Source: Octopus sinensis (Eukaryota). Taken from it: a stretch of DNA of 64,000 nt. Location: NCBI RefSeq assembly GCF_006345805.1, contig NC_043022.1:8866001-8930000 (forward strand). Direction: 5' to 3'. A program made the position numbers and the translations under genes. Shown in pieces: positions 24,891-38,129 of the stretch. The stretch's first letter is position 1. Each line of letters starts with the position of its first letter. The notes beneath the pieces were generated by a model. That model had not been told where the DNA came from and did not search any database. It saw only the letters and a list, made by a program, of their open reading frames with translations.

Positions 24891-27800
24891 TGGTGGTGAT
24901 GATGAAGATGATGATAGTGATAATAAATGTACAAAGATAAATAGTTTCTTGATGCCAATATTTCTGAGACTAAGAGTGAAGTCTGGAAAAAGCCAATCAA
25001 ACACACATTTATTCGTTTGTTTTATTCATTTACTTATTTTTCTTAGTTAATTTGAAATGAATAGAATTTATTTTTCATTCCATGATTTTTGTTCTTTTGT
25101 TTTGCCTGCGGGGTGGTGGGGGCAGGGGTAGTTGTGAGTGTGGCGCGTGGGGGGGGGAGTAGGAGGAGTGGGGGGGGCAGGGAGTGGTTTAATTTTGGCA
25201 AAAACGAAAAGGAAAAAAAAAACCATTTAGAAATTATTGAATTATTTAAAAAAAAACATGGTTACAGAAATACATGTTACAACCATACTATTGCTATTAT
25301 TACTAATACTACTACAACTACTGCTACCACTACTATACTCAAAATATGGCTTAATTATTTATGCATTTCATTAATGTCTTGCAAAGATACTTTATTAGTA
25401 GTAGTAGTAGTAGTAGTAGTAGCAGCAGCAGCAGCAATTTATAGATAATTATAACAAGCTAAGCTGTATGAAGAATCACAGAGAAGTGAAGAGGAGGAGG
25501 AGGAAGAATAAGAAGAGAAGATGAGGAGGAGGAGAAGGTGGAGGTAGGCAGAACAGGAGGAGGAAGAAGAAGAGGAGGAGGATAGAAGAAGAGGCAGAGG
25601 AGGAGGGGCTGATATGATATGATACGATGCTACGATATAACGATACAACACGAAAACTTAACACATTATTGCTAAATTCTCGAGAATTGTCCAAACATAA
25701 AGGAATAAAATTTTTTGCTGAAATAATGAGATAAGATAAAAATAGAATATTTTTGTGTCTAGACATAATGATTACATTGAACTTGCCATTAACATAGATA
25801 AAAACTTAATCAAATGATCTCTGCTGCTTTTGTTTTTGGTTTTTGTGTGGTCTTTGTTGTTACTGCTGCTGCACTTTATTTTTATTTTATTTATCGTCTT
25901 GACTTGCAGTTAGTTACTTTGAAAGCTCGAATATATTTGTCTCATGTTTTTTTTGTTTTTTTCTGATTGGCACAGACAACATAAAAAAAAAAATAAGCGA
26001 GGGAAGGTCTGTGAAAAAGTAAAAATAAAGTAAAATAAAACAAATAAAACAAACAAAAAAACAATTGCTGTTGCCTATCAGGCAATAAGTTATATAGGAA
26101 ATAGCTGTTAGTTTAGTTCTTTGTGTGTGTGTTTGTGTGTGCATGATATTTGTGGAGGGTGAGGAATTAGCTTTTTTTGTTGTTGTTTCTTTGTTTCTTT
26201 TCGAGATGATACAAATCAAAGATAAGATAAAGGCAGGCGAGTAATGAAAAATTATAAAAATTTATATCTATTTTAATATCTCTGTATTCTTTCTATATTG
26301 CGTTATGTATATATTATAGTATGTATTCTTTATATATTATGTTGGTGGGTGGCAGTGAATTAGCAGTCAGTCATTGGAACATTGGATAAAAAAATGCTTT
26401 TCAGTCTTTCTTCTTCCAGCACATGGCTGCATATCCCAGGTTCAAATCCTGCCAAGTTTAGCTTGGCTTTTTTTTTTTTATCCTTTTGGGGTTGATAATT
26501 AAAACTAACAGCCCTGATAGATTGAGATACATGTTTGAATATCAGATTGTATACTGTGTGCTATGTGTTCCAGCTCTCTGTACTCTCCTTTCAAATCTTG
26601 TCAAGGTCAACTCTGACTCTCGAGTTTCCAAGGTTTCAATAAAGAAAATATCAATCAGACACTGGAGTAAATTCTTTGCTCCCCCTCCCCTCCCCTCTCT
26701 CTCTCTCCTTCTCTCTCTAAGGGTTTCATTTTTAATCTCTACCTCCTCTCCTTTCTCTCTCTGCAGTTATCATTCTCTCTCTCTCTCTTAGGGTTACAGT
26801 TTTAACCTCTACCTTCTCTCTTTCCTCACTCTGCATTTATCTCTCTCTCTCCCTCTCTCAAACCAAAAGAAGTTTAAACAGGAATTTGAACCTAGAACAC
26901 ACAGACCCAGGATAGCTACCACAAGACATCCATCTGATGCTCTACCAATTCTACCAATCCACTGCACTGGCTTGATACTTTATTTATCAACCCAAAATAG
27001 ATGAAAAATAACGCTGACCTTACCCAGGATTTGAACTCAGAGTAAAGAGAGCTAGAGCAAATACAACATGAGGCACTTCATCTGATGCTGTAAAGGATTC
27101 TGCCAATCTTCCACCTTAAGTTTATTAAGAGGTCTCTGTTCAAGGCACCCAAGGGTAGGGCTGTTAAATCATGTGACATCCAAGAAAGATTCAATTGACA
27201 AAATAGATTTCCACAAAATGCCCGTTTAACCTAATTTCATTAACAAAATTTCAGTCAGTCCAAGACCATGGTAGAAGACATTTGAACCCAGAACCTCATG
27301 ACTGTGAAATACCAGACTTGATCATCATCACATCATCATCATCCCCACCACTACTACTGTTATCATCATTATTGTCATTATCATCATCTTCACTAGCAAA
27401 ACCATCATCACCATCATCATTGTTCTATGTCCACTCTTCTATACAGGTATCAGTTTGATGGATGAGTTTTCTGAGAAAGTATTTTACAATTATATATGAG
27501 TGACAGAAGCAGTATTAATATCAAGAGGTAATATTTATTCCCACTTAAACATGGACATTCTATTAGAGCAAACTTTACAATTGGATGTCTTTCCTATCTA
27601 TATCTGCTCTTTTAGTCATCTTGTTTTGACATGTAGAGCAGACATGTTGTGTACTTTTTCTAAAATGGAGATGTATTTCTGTTAATTTTAAAAACAGTTA
27701 AGAATTAGATGTAATAGACAGCATCTGCGTTATTATCCTGATAGCTGTAAAATAACTTTACAAAAAGTGCATTACCGTCATTTTCACATGCATTTTTATT

Positions 27801-28229
27801 TTTTACTGTACTTGCATGGGTTAGATGAGATTTATTAAGGTAGGGCTTTATGGCCAGATGCTCTTATTTTTTTATTCACCATACGGTTGTACATATAAAG
27901 ACAGAACATCACGAATGATTTTACATGATTGTGTGTTGGGGTCTATTAAAAATTTACAAATGATTATATAAAACAGATGATAGGACATTTTTTGCACAAA
28001 CAATTTCACAGATTGAGTGGGGCGGGCTTACGGACCCCACGAACCCCGCCACAACACTGACCTTAGGTTTTTTTTTCCTTTTTTTTTTACTGGCTTACCT
28101 CGCATTCATGAGGGTCCTTTTACTCACAACATTCTTCCATATTTCATCAAACACTTTCTTACTCAGGCCCCCACCTCTCTAGATGCTCTTCCTTCTGACA
28201 ACCTTTAACTTGTTTTCAAGTAAGGAAAG

Positions 28230-28490
28230 CATGTGTAAAAAGATTCGAGCGAGGTCATTGCCAGTACCGCCTGACTGGCCCCCGTGCATGTGGCATGTAA
28301 AAAGCACCCACTACACTCTCAGAGTGGTTGGCGTTAGGAAGGGCATCCAGCTGTAGAAACTTTGCCAGATCAAGACTGGAGCCTGGTGCAGCCATCTGGT
28401 TTGCCAGCCCTCAGTCAAAACCGTCCAACCCATGCTAGCATGGAAAACAGACGTTAAATGATGATGATGATAATGATGATGATACATACA
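28230..28490 (+). mobile_element. RTE-type 3' end with (GAT)n tail
   Basis: aagcacccactacactctcagagtggttggcgttaggaagggcatccagctgtagaaac...gacgttaaatgatgatg. Confidence 0.8.
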
Positions 28491-28654
28491 TGCATGTCCA
28501 TACGCATATTAATATGTATTCAATTACACTGATAAACGTTCCAGTTGAGCTGATTGATGAAACAGTCTATTTGTGAAATTAACATGCAAGTGGCAAAGCA
28601 CTCCACAGATATGTACACCCTTCATGTAGTTCTCAGGGAGATTCAGCATGACGC

Positions 28655-29095
28655 ATCATCATCTTCATCATCATCGTTTAACATCCGCTTTCCATGCTAG
28701 CATGGATTGGACGATTTTGACTGAGGACATGCAAACCAGATGGTTGCACCAGGCTCCAATCTTGATTTGGCAGAGTTTCTACAGCTGGATGCCCTTCCTA
28801 ATGCCAACCACTCCGAGAATGTAGTGGGTGCTTTTTATGTATCACCGGCACGGGGGCGAGTCAGGCGGTACTGGCAACGACCTCGCTCGAATCCTTTTAC
28901 ACATGCCACCAGCACAGGTGCCAGTAAGGCAATGTTGGTAACGATCACACTCAAACGGTGCCCTTTTATGTGCCACTGGCATGGAAGCCAGTTAGCTGCT
29001 CTGGCAACGATCACGCTCTGATGGTGCTCTTGACACCCTACTAGCACGGGCACAAGTGCCAGTAAGGCGACGCTGGTAACGATCACACTCGAATG
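28655..29095 (-). mobile_element. RTE-type 3'-end element, inverted relative to 28230-28490
   Basis: Reverse complement of the same core; same internal modules as 16738-17160. Confidence 0.8.
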
Positions 29096-30560
29096 TAACA
29101 AAGATGGCCCTTTGAATGAATTGGAGATAATACATATTTTTTGCCATGTAAGTAGACTGGAGCAATGTGAAATGTCTTGCTCAAAGACACAATGCACCAG
29201 CAGGTATTGAACTTGCAATCTTACACTCATGAGCCGAATATCCTAACCACTTTGCCACATGACTTCTTTCTGTCTCAGGTGTGTTGTTATCAAATTGACC
29301 AGGAAGTCATGCCTGCATCCACATAGTAGTGGCTCCACGGTTGTTGAGTAACTGAACTCTCACATAACAACATCACAGACACCAGCCAGCCTTAAAGTGT
29401 AACAGTATTTACCACTAATCATAACAGATAGAAACTGAAGAATCATTTGAAACAATCATTTGTCATTTTCGCTGCTAAATTTAGGATTTTAACACCATAG
29501 ATTAGCTTCCAATACTAATACCACAGAAGCAATTTTATCACAGACCTCTAAATATTTCTTAAGTTTTGACGTGTTTTATTTATTTTCTTTTTTATCTTTC
29601 ATGTTCCAGTGTAACCTCTCTAAAATTGCTTGTTTTTTTTTGTTTTGTTTTGTTTTTTTATTTATGTCACTGACTGCCTGTTTGTTTTTACGTAAGGTCA
29701 AATATTCTGACAGCCAACATATGGCCATCTTTCTGCTCTCAACTAACCTTTAAGATTACAAAATATTTCTTCTATTAAGACACACGTCTTTGTCTGTTGA
29801 AGACGGGATTGTTTTTTTTTGGTTTTTGTAATTGTTTGTTTTCGTACTTTCTTCTTAACTTTTATATATTTTTATATTTTCTCTTTTATTTCCATTCTTT
29901 ATAAAGATAAATTCTACGTGTATCAATTTCATAAAAAAAAAAATGGTTCAATCTATTTCCAATCATGACTTTACTATGAAGTTGATATTTATGTATGTAT
30001 GTGTGTGTGTGCGTGTCTGGTGTGAGTGTATATGTGTGCGTGTCTGTGTGTGTATCTGTTTATGAGTGTATATATGTGTGTTTGTGTGTATGTGTATATA
30101 TATATATATATGAGTGTCTATATATGTGTGTATGTATATATACATATACATATTTGTATATGAGCGTGTATATATGTGCATGTGTGCATGTGTGTATGTA
30201 TATATACATATACATATTTGTATATGAGCGTGTATATATGTGCATGTGTGCATATGTGTATATATATAACATATATATCTGTGTGAGTGTGTATGTATAA
30301 ACTTATGCTACTTTATAAAGATTGTGTCATCTTCCCAGAAAAAACTGCATCATATCAAACCAATAAGCAATATTTTACACAGTCATTCATTCTGCTGAAA
30401 GTAGCAGTTAAATCTCCCTCAAACCACAAACTACCATCTTCCAAAAAAAAATGGGAAAATATATAATGGACAATGTAACCCCTCAATATATAAGAAGATA
30501 AAATGGTCATAAGTAGAACACTTTTGATGGTAGTTATATCAATAATAAAAAAAATATTTG

Positions 30561-30600
<40 letters not shown>

Positions 30601-31010
30601 TAATAATAATGGTTTCAAATTTTGGAACAAGGCCAGAAGTTTTGAGGGAGTGGGTAAGTCAATTACATTGACCCCAGTGCTCAACTGATACTTACTTTAT
30701 TGACCCCAAAAGAATGAAGGGCAAAGTCAACCTATAATAAAAAATAATATCTGAAAAGAGAGATAGCATGAATGTGGAACTTGAAAAAAGAAAAAGTCCT
30801 TATAATAAAAGATATGTTTAAAAAAACATACAGACTAGTACATAACCAAAGCTCCAGGTCTTAGGAATATGTATAACATACAGAAAGAAGTACTGCTAGG
30901 CAATCCACACACACACACACACACACACACACAACACGCACACACACATATATATATATATAATATATATATATAATATATATATATATATAATATATAT
31001 AATAATATAT

Positions 31011-31042
<32 letters not shown>

Positions 31043-31134
31043 ATAATATATTATATATATATATATATATATATAAATATATATATATATATTATATATA
31101 TAGATATATATTATAATATATAAATAATATTATT

Positions 31135-33257
31135 CATCATCATCATCATCATCATCATTTAACGTCCGCTTTCCATCTAGCATGGGTGGGACGGTTCAAC
31201 TGGGGTCTGGGAAGCCCGAAAGCTGCACCAGTCCAGTCAGATCTGGCAGTGTTTCTACAGCTGGATGCCCTTCCTAACGCCAACCACTCCGAGAGTGTAG
31301 TGGGTGATTTTATGTGCCACCGACACAGGTGCCAGACGAGGCTGGCAAACGGCCACGCTCGGATGGTGTTTTTTATGTGCCCCCCGACACAGGTGCCAAC
31401 GAGCTGGCAGACGGCCACGCTCGGATGGTGTTTTTTATGTGCCACCGACACAGGTGCCAGACGAGGCTGGCAGACGGCCACGCTCGGATGTGTTTTTATG
31501 TGTCCACCGACACAGGTGCCAGACGAGGCTGGCAGACGGCCACGCTCGGATGGTGTTTTTATGTGCCACCGACACAGGTGCCAGATGAGCTGGCAAACAG
31601 CCACGATCGGATGGTGCTTGTTACTGCCCACAGCACGGAGGCCAGTCGATCGGGTACTGGCGATCGGCCATGTTCGATGGTTTTTCTTATGTGCCACGTG
31701 CCACCGCACTGGTACCACAAAGATACAAATTCCATTGATGTTCATCTATTTTGATTTGTTTTGAATTTTCACTTGCCTCAACAGTCTTCACAAATGTCAC
31801 AAGAAGGAAGGTATGCACAGGTGGACTGACTACGTCCCAGGTAGGGGCCATGGGTTATGCCTGACTAGTCTTGCCGGGTCTTCGGATGGTGTTTTTATGT
31901 GCCACCGACACAGGTGCTAGATGAGCTGGCGAACGGCCACAATCGGATGGTGTTTGTCATGTGCCCACCGCACTGACTAAGCACTGATGGATTTCTTGTG
32001 TGCCACAGGCACTGGTACCACAAGATACAAATTCCATTGATGTTCATCTATTTTGTCTATTTGATTTGATTTGATTTTCACTTGCCTCAACCGTCTTCAC
32101 ATGTCACAAGAAGGAAGGTAGCACAGGTGGACTGACTAGTCTTGCCGGTCTTCGGAAGGTTGTTTTTTATGTGCCACCGACACAGGTGCCAGATGAGGCT
32201 GGCGAATGGCCATGATCGGATGGTGTTTGTTACGTGCCCACAGCACGGAGGCCGGTCGATGCAGAACTGGCTACGGCCACGTTCGGATGTTCTCTTGTGT
32301 GCCACCGGCACTGGTACCACAAAGTGTGTGCCACCGGCACTGGTACCACAAAGATACAGATTCCATTGATGTTCATCTATTTTGATTTGTTTTGATTTGA
32401 TTTTCACTTGCCTCAACAGGTCTTCACAAGTGTCACAAGAAGGAAGGTATGCATAGGTGGACTGACTACGTCCCAGGTAGGGGCCATGGGTTATGGCCTG
32501 ACTAGTCTTGCCGGGTCTTCGGATGGTGTTTTTATGTGCCACCGACACAGGTGCTAGATGAGGCTGGCGAAAGGCCACGATCGGATGGTGTTTGTCATGT
32601 GCCCACAGCACGGAGGCCAGTCGATGCGGTACTGGCTACGGCCACTTTCGGATGGTTTTTCTCTTGTGTGCCACCGGCACTGGTACCACAAAGATACAGA
32701 TTCCATTGATTTTCATCTATTTTGATTTGTTTTGATTTGATTTTGATTTGATTTTGATCACTTGCCTCAACAGGCCTTCAACAAGTATCACAAGGAGGAA
32801 GGTATGCACAGGTGGACTGACTACGTCCCAGGTAGGGGCCATGGTTTATGGCCTGACTAGTCTTGCCGGGTCTTCGGAAGGTGTTTTTATGTGCCACCGA
32901 CACAGGTGCTAGATGAGGCGGCGAACGGCCACGACCGGATGGTGTTTGTTATGTGCCCACAGCACGATGCCATGATGCGGTACTGACTACGCCCATGTTC
33001 GATGATTCTTTGTGCCACCGGCACTGGTACCACAAGCGGTACTGACTACTTTTTTATGTGGCCACCAGACACAGGTGCTAGATGAGGCTGGCGAACGGCC
33101 ACGACCGAATGGTGTTTGTTATGTGCCCACGCACGATGGCGAGTGATGCGGTACTGAACTACGGCCACGTTCGGATGGATTCTTGTGTGCCACCGGCACT
33201 GGTACCAACAACGGTACTGACTACGGCCACGTTCGGATGGATTCTTGTGGTGTCCAC

Positions 33258-33260
<3 letters not shown>
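31135..33260 (-). mobile_element. Composite RTE-type 3' end with 62-bp tandem units and ~270-365-bp higher-order repeats
   Basis: (CAT)n tail at 31135; gacacaggtg at 31322, 31386, 31447, 31509, 31571 (period ~62), then 31907, 32179, 32544, 32899, 33068. Confidence 0.85.
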
Positions 33261-33301
<41 letters not shown>

Positions 33302-33473
33302 ATATATATATATATATTATATACTATATATATATATAATATATATATTATATTATAATATATATATATATTATATATTATATATATATGATATAATATA
33401 TTATATATTATATATATATATATATATATATCTAAATATATATATATGATATATATATTATATATATATAATA

Positions 33474-33504
<31 letters not shown>

Positions 33505-33728
33505 TATATATATAATATATAATATATATATATATATAATATATATATCTATTAATATATAGATATAATATTATATATATATATCTATATATATATATAT
33601 ATAATATATATATATATCTATATATATTATATAATATATATATATCTATTATAGATAACAATATATATATATATAAACATATATATATATATATATAACA
33701 TATATATTATAATATATATAACAGATAT

Positions 33729-33762
<34 letters not shown>

Positions 33763-33991
33763 ACAATATATATATAATATATATATATATATAACATATC
33801 TATATAATATATTATATAGAAACCATATATATTATATATATATAATAGGATATATAACAGATATAGATAGATATATATATCTATACATATTATATAATCT
33901 ATATATATATTACATATATAGATAGAAGATCTATACATATTATATATAAGATATATATATATATAACATATATATATAATATATATATATA

Positions 33992-34022
<31 letters not shown>

Positions 34023-35010
34023 ACATATATATATATATATCTATATATATAAACATATCTATATATATATATCTATATATAATATATAGATAACATATAT
34101 ATAATTATATATATATATCTCCTCAACATATAATATAGATAATATGACCATATATATATATATACCATATATATATAATATACTATAACATCTATATAAT
34201 ATATATATAACATATATATATATATATATATATAATATACATATATATATATAACCTATATATATATATATAAAACAGTAGATATATATATATATAATAT
34301 ATATATATAACATATATATGATATATATATAATAATATATCTATATAACATATATATCATATATATATATATATATCGTATATAATATATATATATAACA
34401 TATATATATCTTATAATATATCTATATCTCTATAATATATATATATAACATATATATACTTAAATATAAGATATATATATATATAATATATATATCTCAT
34501 CTATATATATATAATATCATATATATATATCTATATAGATAATATATATCTCTATATATCTATATCCCATATATATCTATATAATATATATATATATATC
34601 TATATATATATATATAACATATATATATATATCTATATTATATATCTAACATTATCTAAGAGATAAATTATCTATAATATATTATATATAACATATATAT
34701 ATCTATACTATCAATATATATATACTACATATATATATTATATATATATAGATAATATCTATATACATAACATATATATATATCTACTATATATATATAA
34801 CATATATATATATATAATTAATATATATATCTCTAATAATATATATAAACATATATATATAATAGTAATATATATATATAACATATATATATATACTAAA
34901 CATCTATATATATAACCTATATTCTATATATATATATTATCTATATATAATATAAGATATAGATATATCTATATATATATATATCTATATATATATATAT
35001 AATATATATA
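33261..35010. repeat. ~1.75-kb degenerate (TA)n tract
   Basis: Visible; irregular interruptions may be consensus noise. Confidence 0.95.
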
Positions 35011-35117
35011 AATAAAATAAAGGTGAGAAATTAGATATTAATTTAATTAACATCGATTTCACTCCAGTGGTCTAGCATAAAAAACTGAAGGTTCAGTAAA
35101 ACTGTATTATATATATA

Positions 35118-35295
35118 TTAGAGGGAAGCCACAAGTGGACACCCATATGCTAAAATAGATCTGCTACTGTCTCACCACCAAGAAATGTTCTCAAGAACAT
35201 CTTTGCTAAATTTTTCTTGAGAACATTTCTTGGTGGTGAGACCGTAGTGGATCTATTTCTAGCATATGGGTGTCCACTTGATGGCTTCCCTCTAA
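35118..35295. repeat. Palindromic MITE-like element, ~80-bp arms, 16-nt spacer, (TA)n flanks
   Basis: ttagagggaagcc...ttctcaagaa versus ttcttgagaac...ggcttccctctaa. Confidence 0.9.
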
Positions 35296-35648
35296 TATAT
35301 ATATATATATCCCTTTCAATACAGCGTGTATCCAAAGCCCACAGAATTGTGCCCAGTAGTACAGTGAAAGTTCATAATGCAAATCAGACGACTGAACAAT
35401 AATAATGGCTTCAAATTTTGACACAAGGCCAGCAATTTTTTAGGAAGAGTGAATTGATTACAATGACCCCTGTGCTCAATTGGTATTTATTTTATCAACT
35501 CTGAAATGTTAAAAGACAAAGTCAACCTCAGTGGAATTTGAACTAGGAACATAAGGACAAGCAAAATGCCACTGAGCATTTTGTCTGAGCATGCTAACAA
35601 TTCTAGTGGTTTGCCACCTTAATAATGATGATGATGATGATGATAATG

Positions 35649-35679
<31 letters not shown>

Positions 35680-38129
35680 CAACAATAATAATAATCCTTT
35701 CTACTATAGGCACAATGCCTGAAATTTTGGGAAAAGGGGTAAGTTGGTTACATCAACCCCAGTACTTGATTGGCACTTATTTCATTGACACCTCCAAGAA
35801 TGTAAAGCAAAGCTGACCTCAACAGAATCTGAGCTCAAAACCTAAGGGCAGACGAAATGCCACTGAACAATTTATCCAGTGTGCTAAACAGTTCTGCTGC
35901 CTCAGTAATAATAATGATGATAATAATAATAATAACAACAACAACAACAGCAACAGCAGCAGCAGCAATAATAATAATTTGTTACGTTTGTACTAGTAGG
36001 AGGGCAGCCAATCAAATCAATGCCAGTACTTTTTCAACTGTTGTTTTGCTCTTATCTAAAACATTTTCTTCGCTGCAGTTAGCTTTATCTTATTTCTAGA
36101 AATGAATTCAGTTTTGAATATTAGTCTGACTTTTCTGCAATTTTTTAACTTTCACTTTCGTTTCTGTATGTTGTTTCTTTATCAGTTTTATCACTCCTAA
36201 GTATTTGATTGTGTAGTTCTCTTCTGATTCTCTGATTCCAGTGACTAAATCTAATTTTATATTTTCAGTGTTAGTTTATTTGTCTCTTATTTTAAAAACT
36301 TTTACAAATTTTGCTTCATCTATACTTATTTTAAAGTGGCAAACTGACAGAATTGTTAGCTCATGGGACAAAATGCTTAGCAGCATCACTTCAAGCTCTT
36401 TGCATTCTGAGTTCAAATTCTACTGAGATCAACTTCACCTTTCATCGTTTCGGAGCTAGTAAAATAAAGTGCTGGTCAAGTACTTCAGTCAATGTAACAG
36501 ACTTTAGGATTTGTTATATTTAAAATTTACCCAATTCACCAGTAACTGCAATTTATAATCATGCACCTCTGTCTAGCATTATTTCTGTTTCTCTGGTCCA
36601 AGATTATTGCTTTCCAGGTGAGAATACAGTAGTTGTAAGGGCTTTTATATATATATATATATATATATATCCAGAGACCTGTATTTTGAGAGCCTCAGGG
36701 GATTTTGATGTTTTTATGGGGTGGGATGGGTTGGTGGGGAAACCTGCAATATTTTCCCCTCATAACTAATCCAGTATTGATCCTGGTCTTTTAACTAATT
36801 CTATGAATGCTGTTTCCTTGGATTCATGAGTATTTGTTAAGTATTTCTGCCAGATATTAGGAACGTTGTCAATCTTAAAGCTTTCCAATTGCTGATAGAT
36901 TTTATTGTTTTGCTAACTAATCCTAGTTAGTTATAATGGGTGAGTTATATTTGCAGTATTTTTTCTTTCTTATCAGATTTTCCCCCCTTTCTAATCCCCA
37001 TGATTAGAAGGTGGTGAGCTGATAGAATCATTAGCATGTCAGACAAAATACTTTGCAGCACTTCTTCTAGCTCTTTATATTCTCTTTAAAGTTATCCCCT
37101 TTGCTTGAGAGTTTTAGATTTTAACATGTTAACCACATGTACCACCAGTGGATCACCGTAAACTTCGCACAGTCACCATATGCACCACTACTAGTATATT
37201 TTCATAATCTGAGAAAATATTCTATTCTGTATCTTTGACATGGTTTCATCATCACCAGCATCATCATTTAATGTCTGTTTTCTCTAATGGCATGGATTGG
37301 ATTGCTTGACAGGAACTGGTAAGGTCAGAGGCTGCACAAGGTTCTATTGTCTGGTTTAGCTTGGTTTCTATGACTGGATGCCCTTCCTAATGCAAACCTC
37401 TCCACAGAGTGTACAGGATACTTTTTTATGTGACACCAGCACCAGTATTTTTTTTACATGGCACCAGCAACCACACCAACACTTTTACATGGTACTATGG
37501 TTTTAGGATCTCAATTCTGTTGTGGTGGGCAGGTCTAAGGTTATTTAGATAACATGAGTGCTAAATATTAAAGTTTAATTATGGAATATTGTAAAAATGC
37601 AAAAAAAAAAAAATTATATTTCCTCTTAATTAAACAGTATGCAGAGTGACTGGATATATGCAGTGCTACTGCTAAGTTTCAGTTAATGTGATAATTACCC
37701 CAAGAAGGAAATTTTTTTCCAATTGCCAGAATAATCTCAGTGAGACAGAATTTTTCAATTCCTGTGTGTGTGCATATGGATGTTTGTGTGTTTGAATCTC
37801 CTTGTCTTCGCATTGTGATAATTGTAAAATGAGCAACTTTGTCCTGCATGCAGTGTCCTTTGCTTCCAATCTTCAGTGAAAAACATGTCCACCCACAGGA
37901 AATATTACCTTACTTGGAAACAAGTATGGGTTAGTGACAGGAAGGGCATCATAATTTAAGGCTTTAGAAAGCCCAGACAAATGTTTGAGTGTCTTGGAAA
38001 AAACGTTATTCATTATTTTGTTCTACACAGCTATGATTAATAAAATGAAGTAATATGATTGATTAAACATACAAAGTACTTTTCCATTTTTTTCTAAATT
38101 CTTTTTAAAATTTTAAAACATAGTATTAA

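Noticed and set aside
28100-28200. Minus-strand AG|GTAAGC donor with open frame RGGGLSKKVFDEIWKNVVSKRTLMNA
   Set aside because: No convincing acceptor, and the segment looks like a dispersed repeat I recall; treated as transposon-derived.
31315-31620. CRISPR-like regular repeats
   Set aside because: Units are contiguous tandem copies without unique spacers, in eukaryotic context with no cas genes.
31155-32611. Longest ORFs in the window (146-196 aa, overlapping on both strands)
   Set aside because: They arise from GC-rich 62-bp tandem modules of a retroelement 3' region; open in several frames with repeated peptides.
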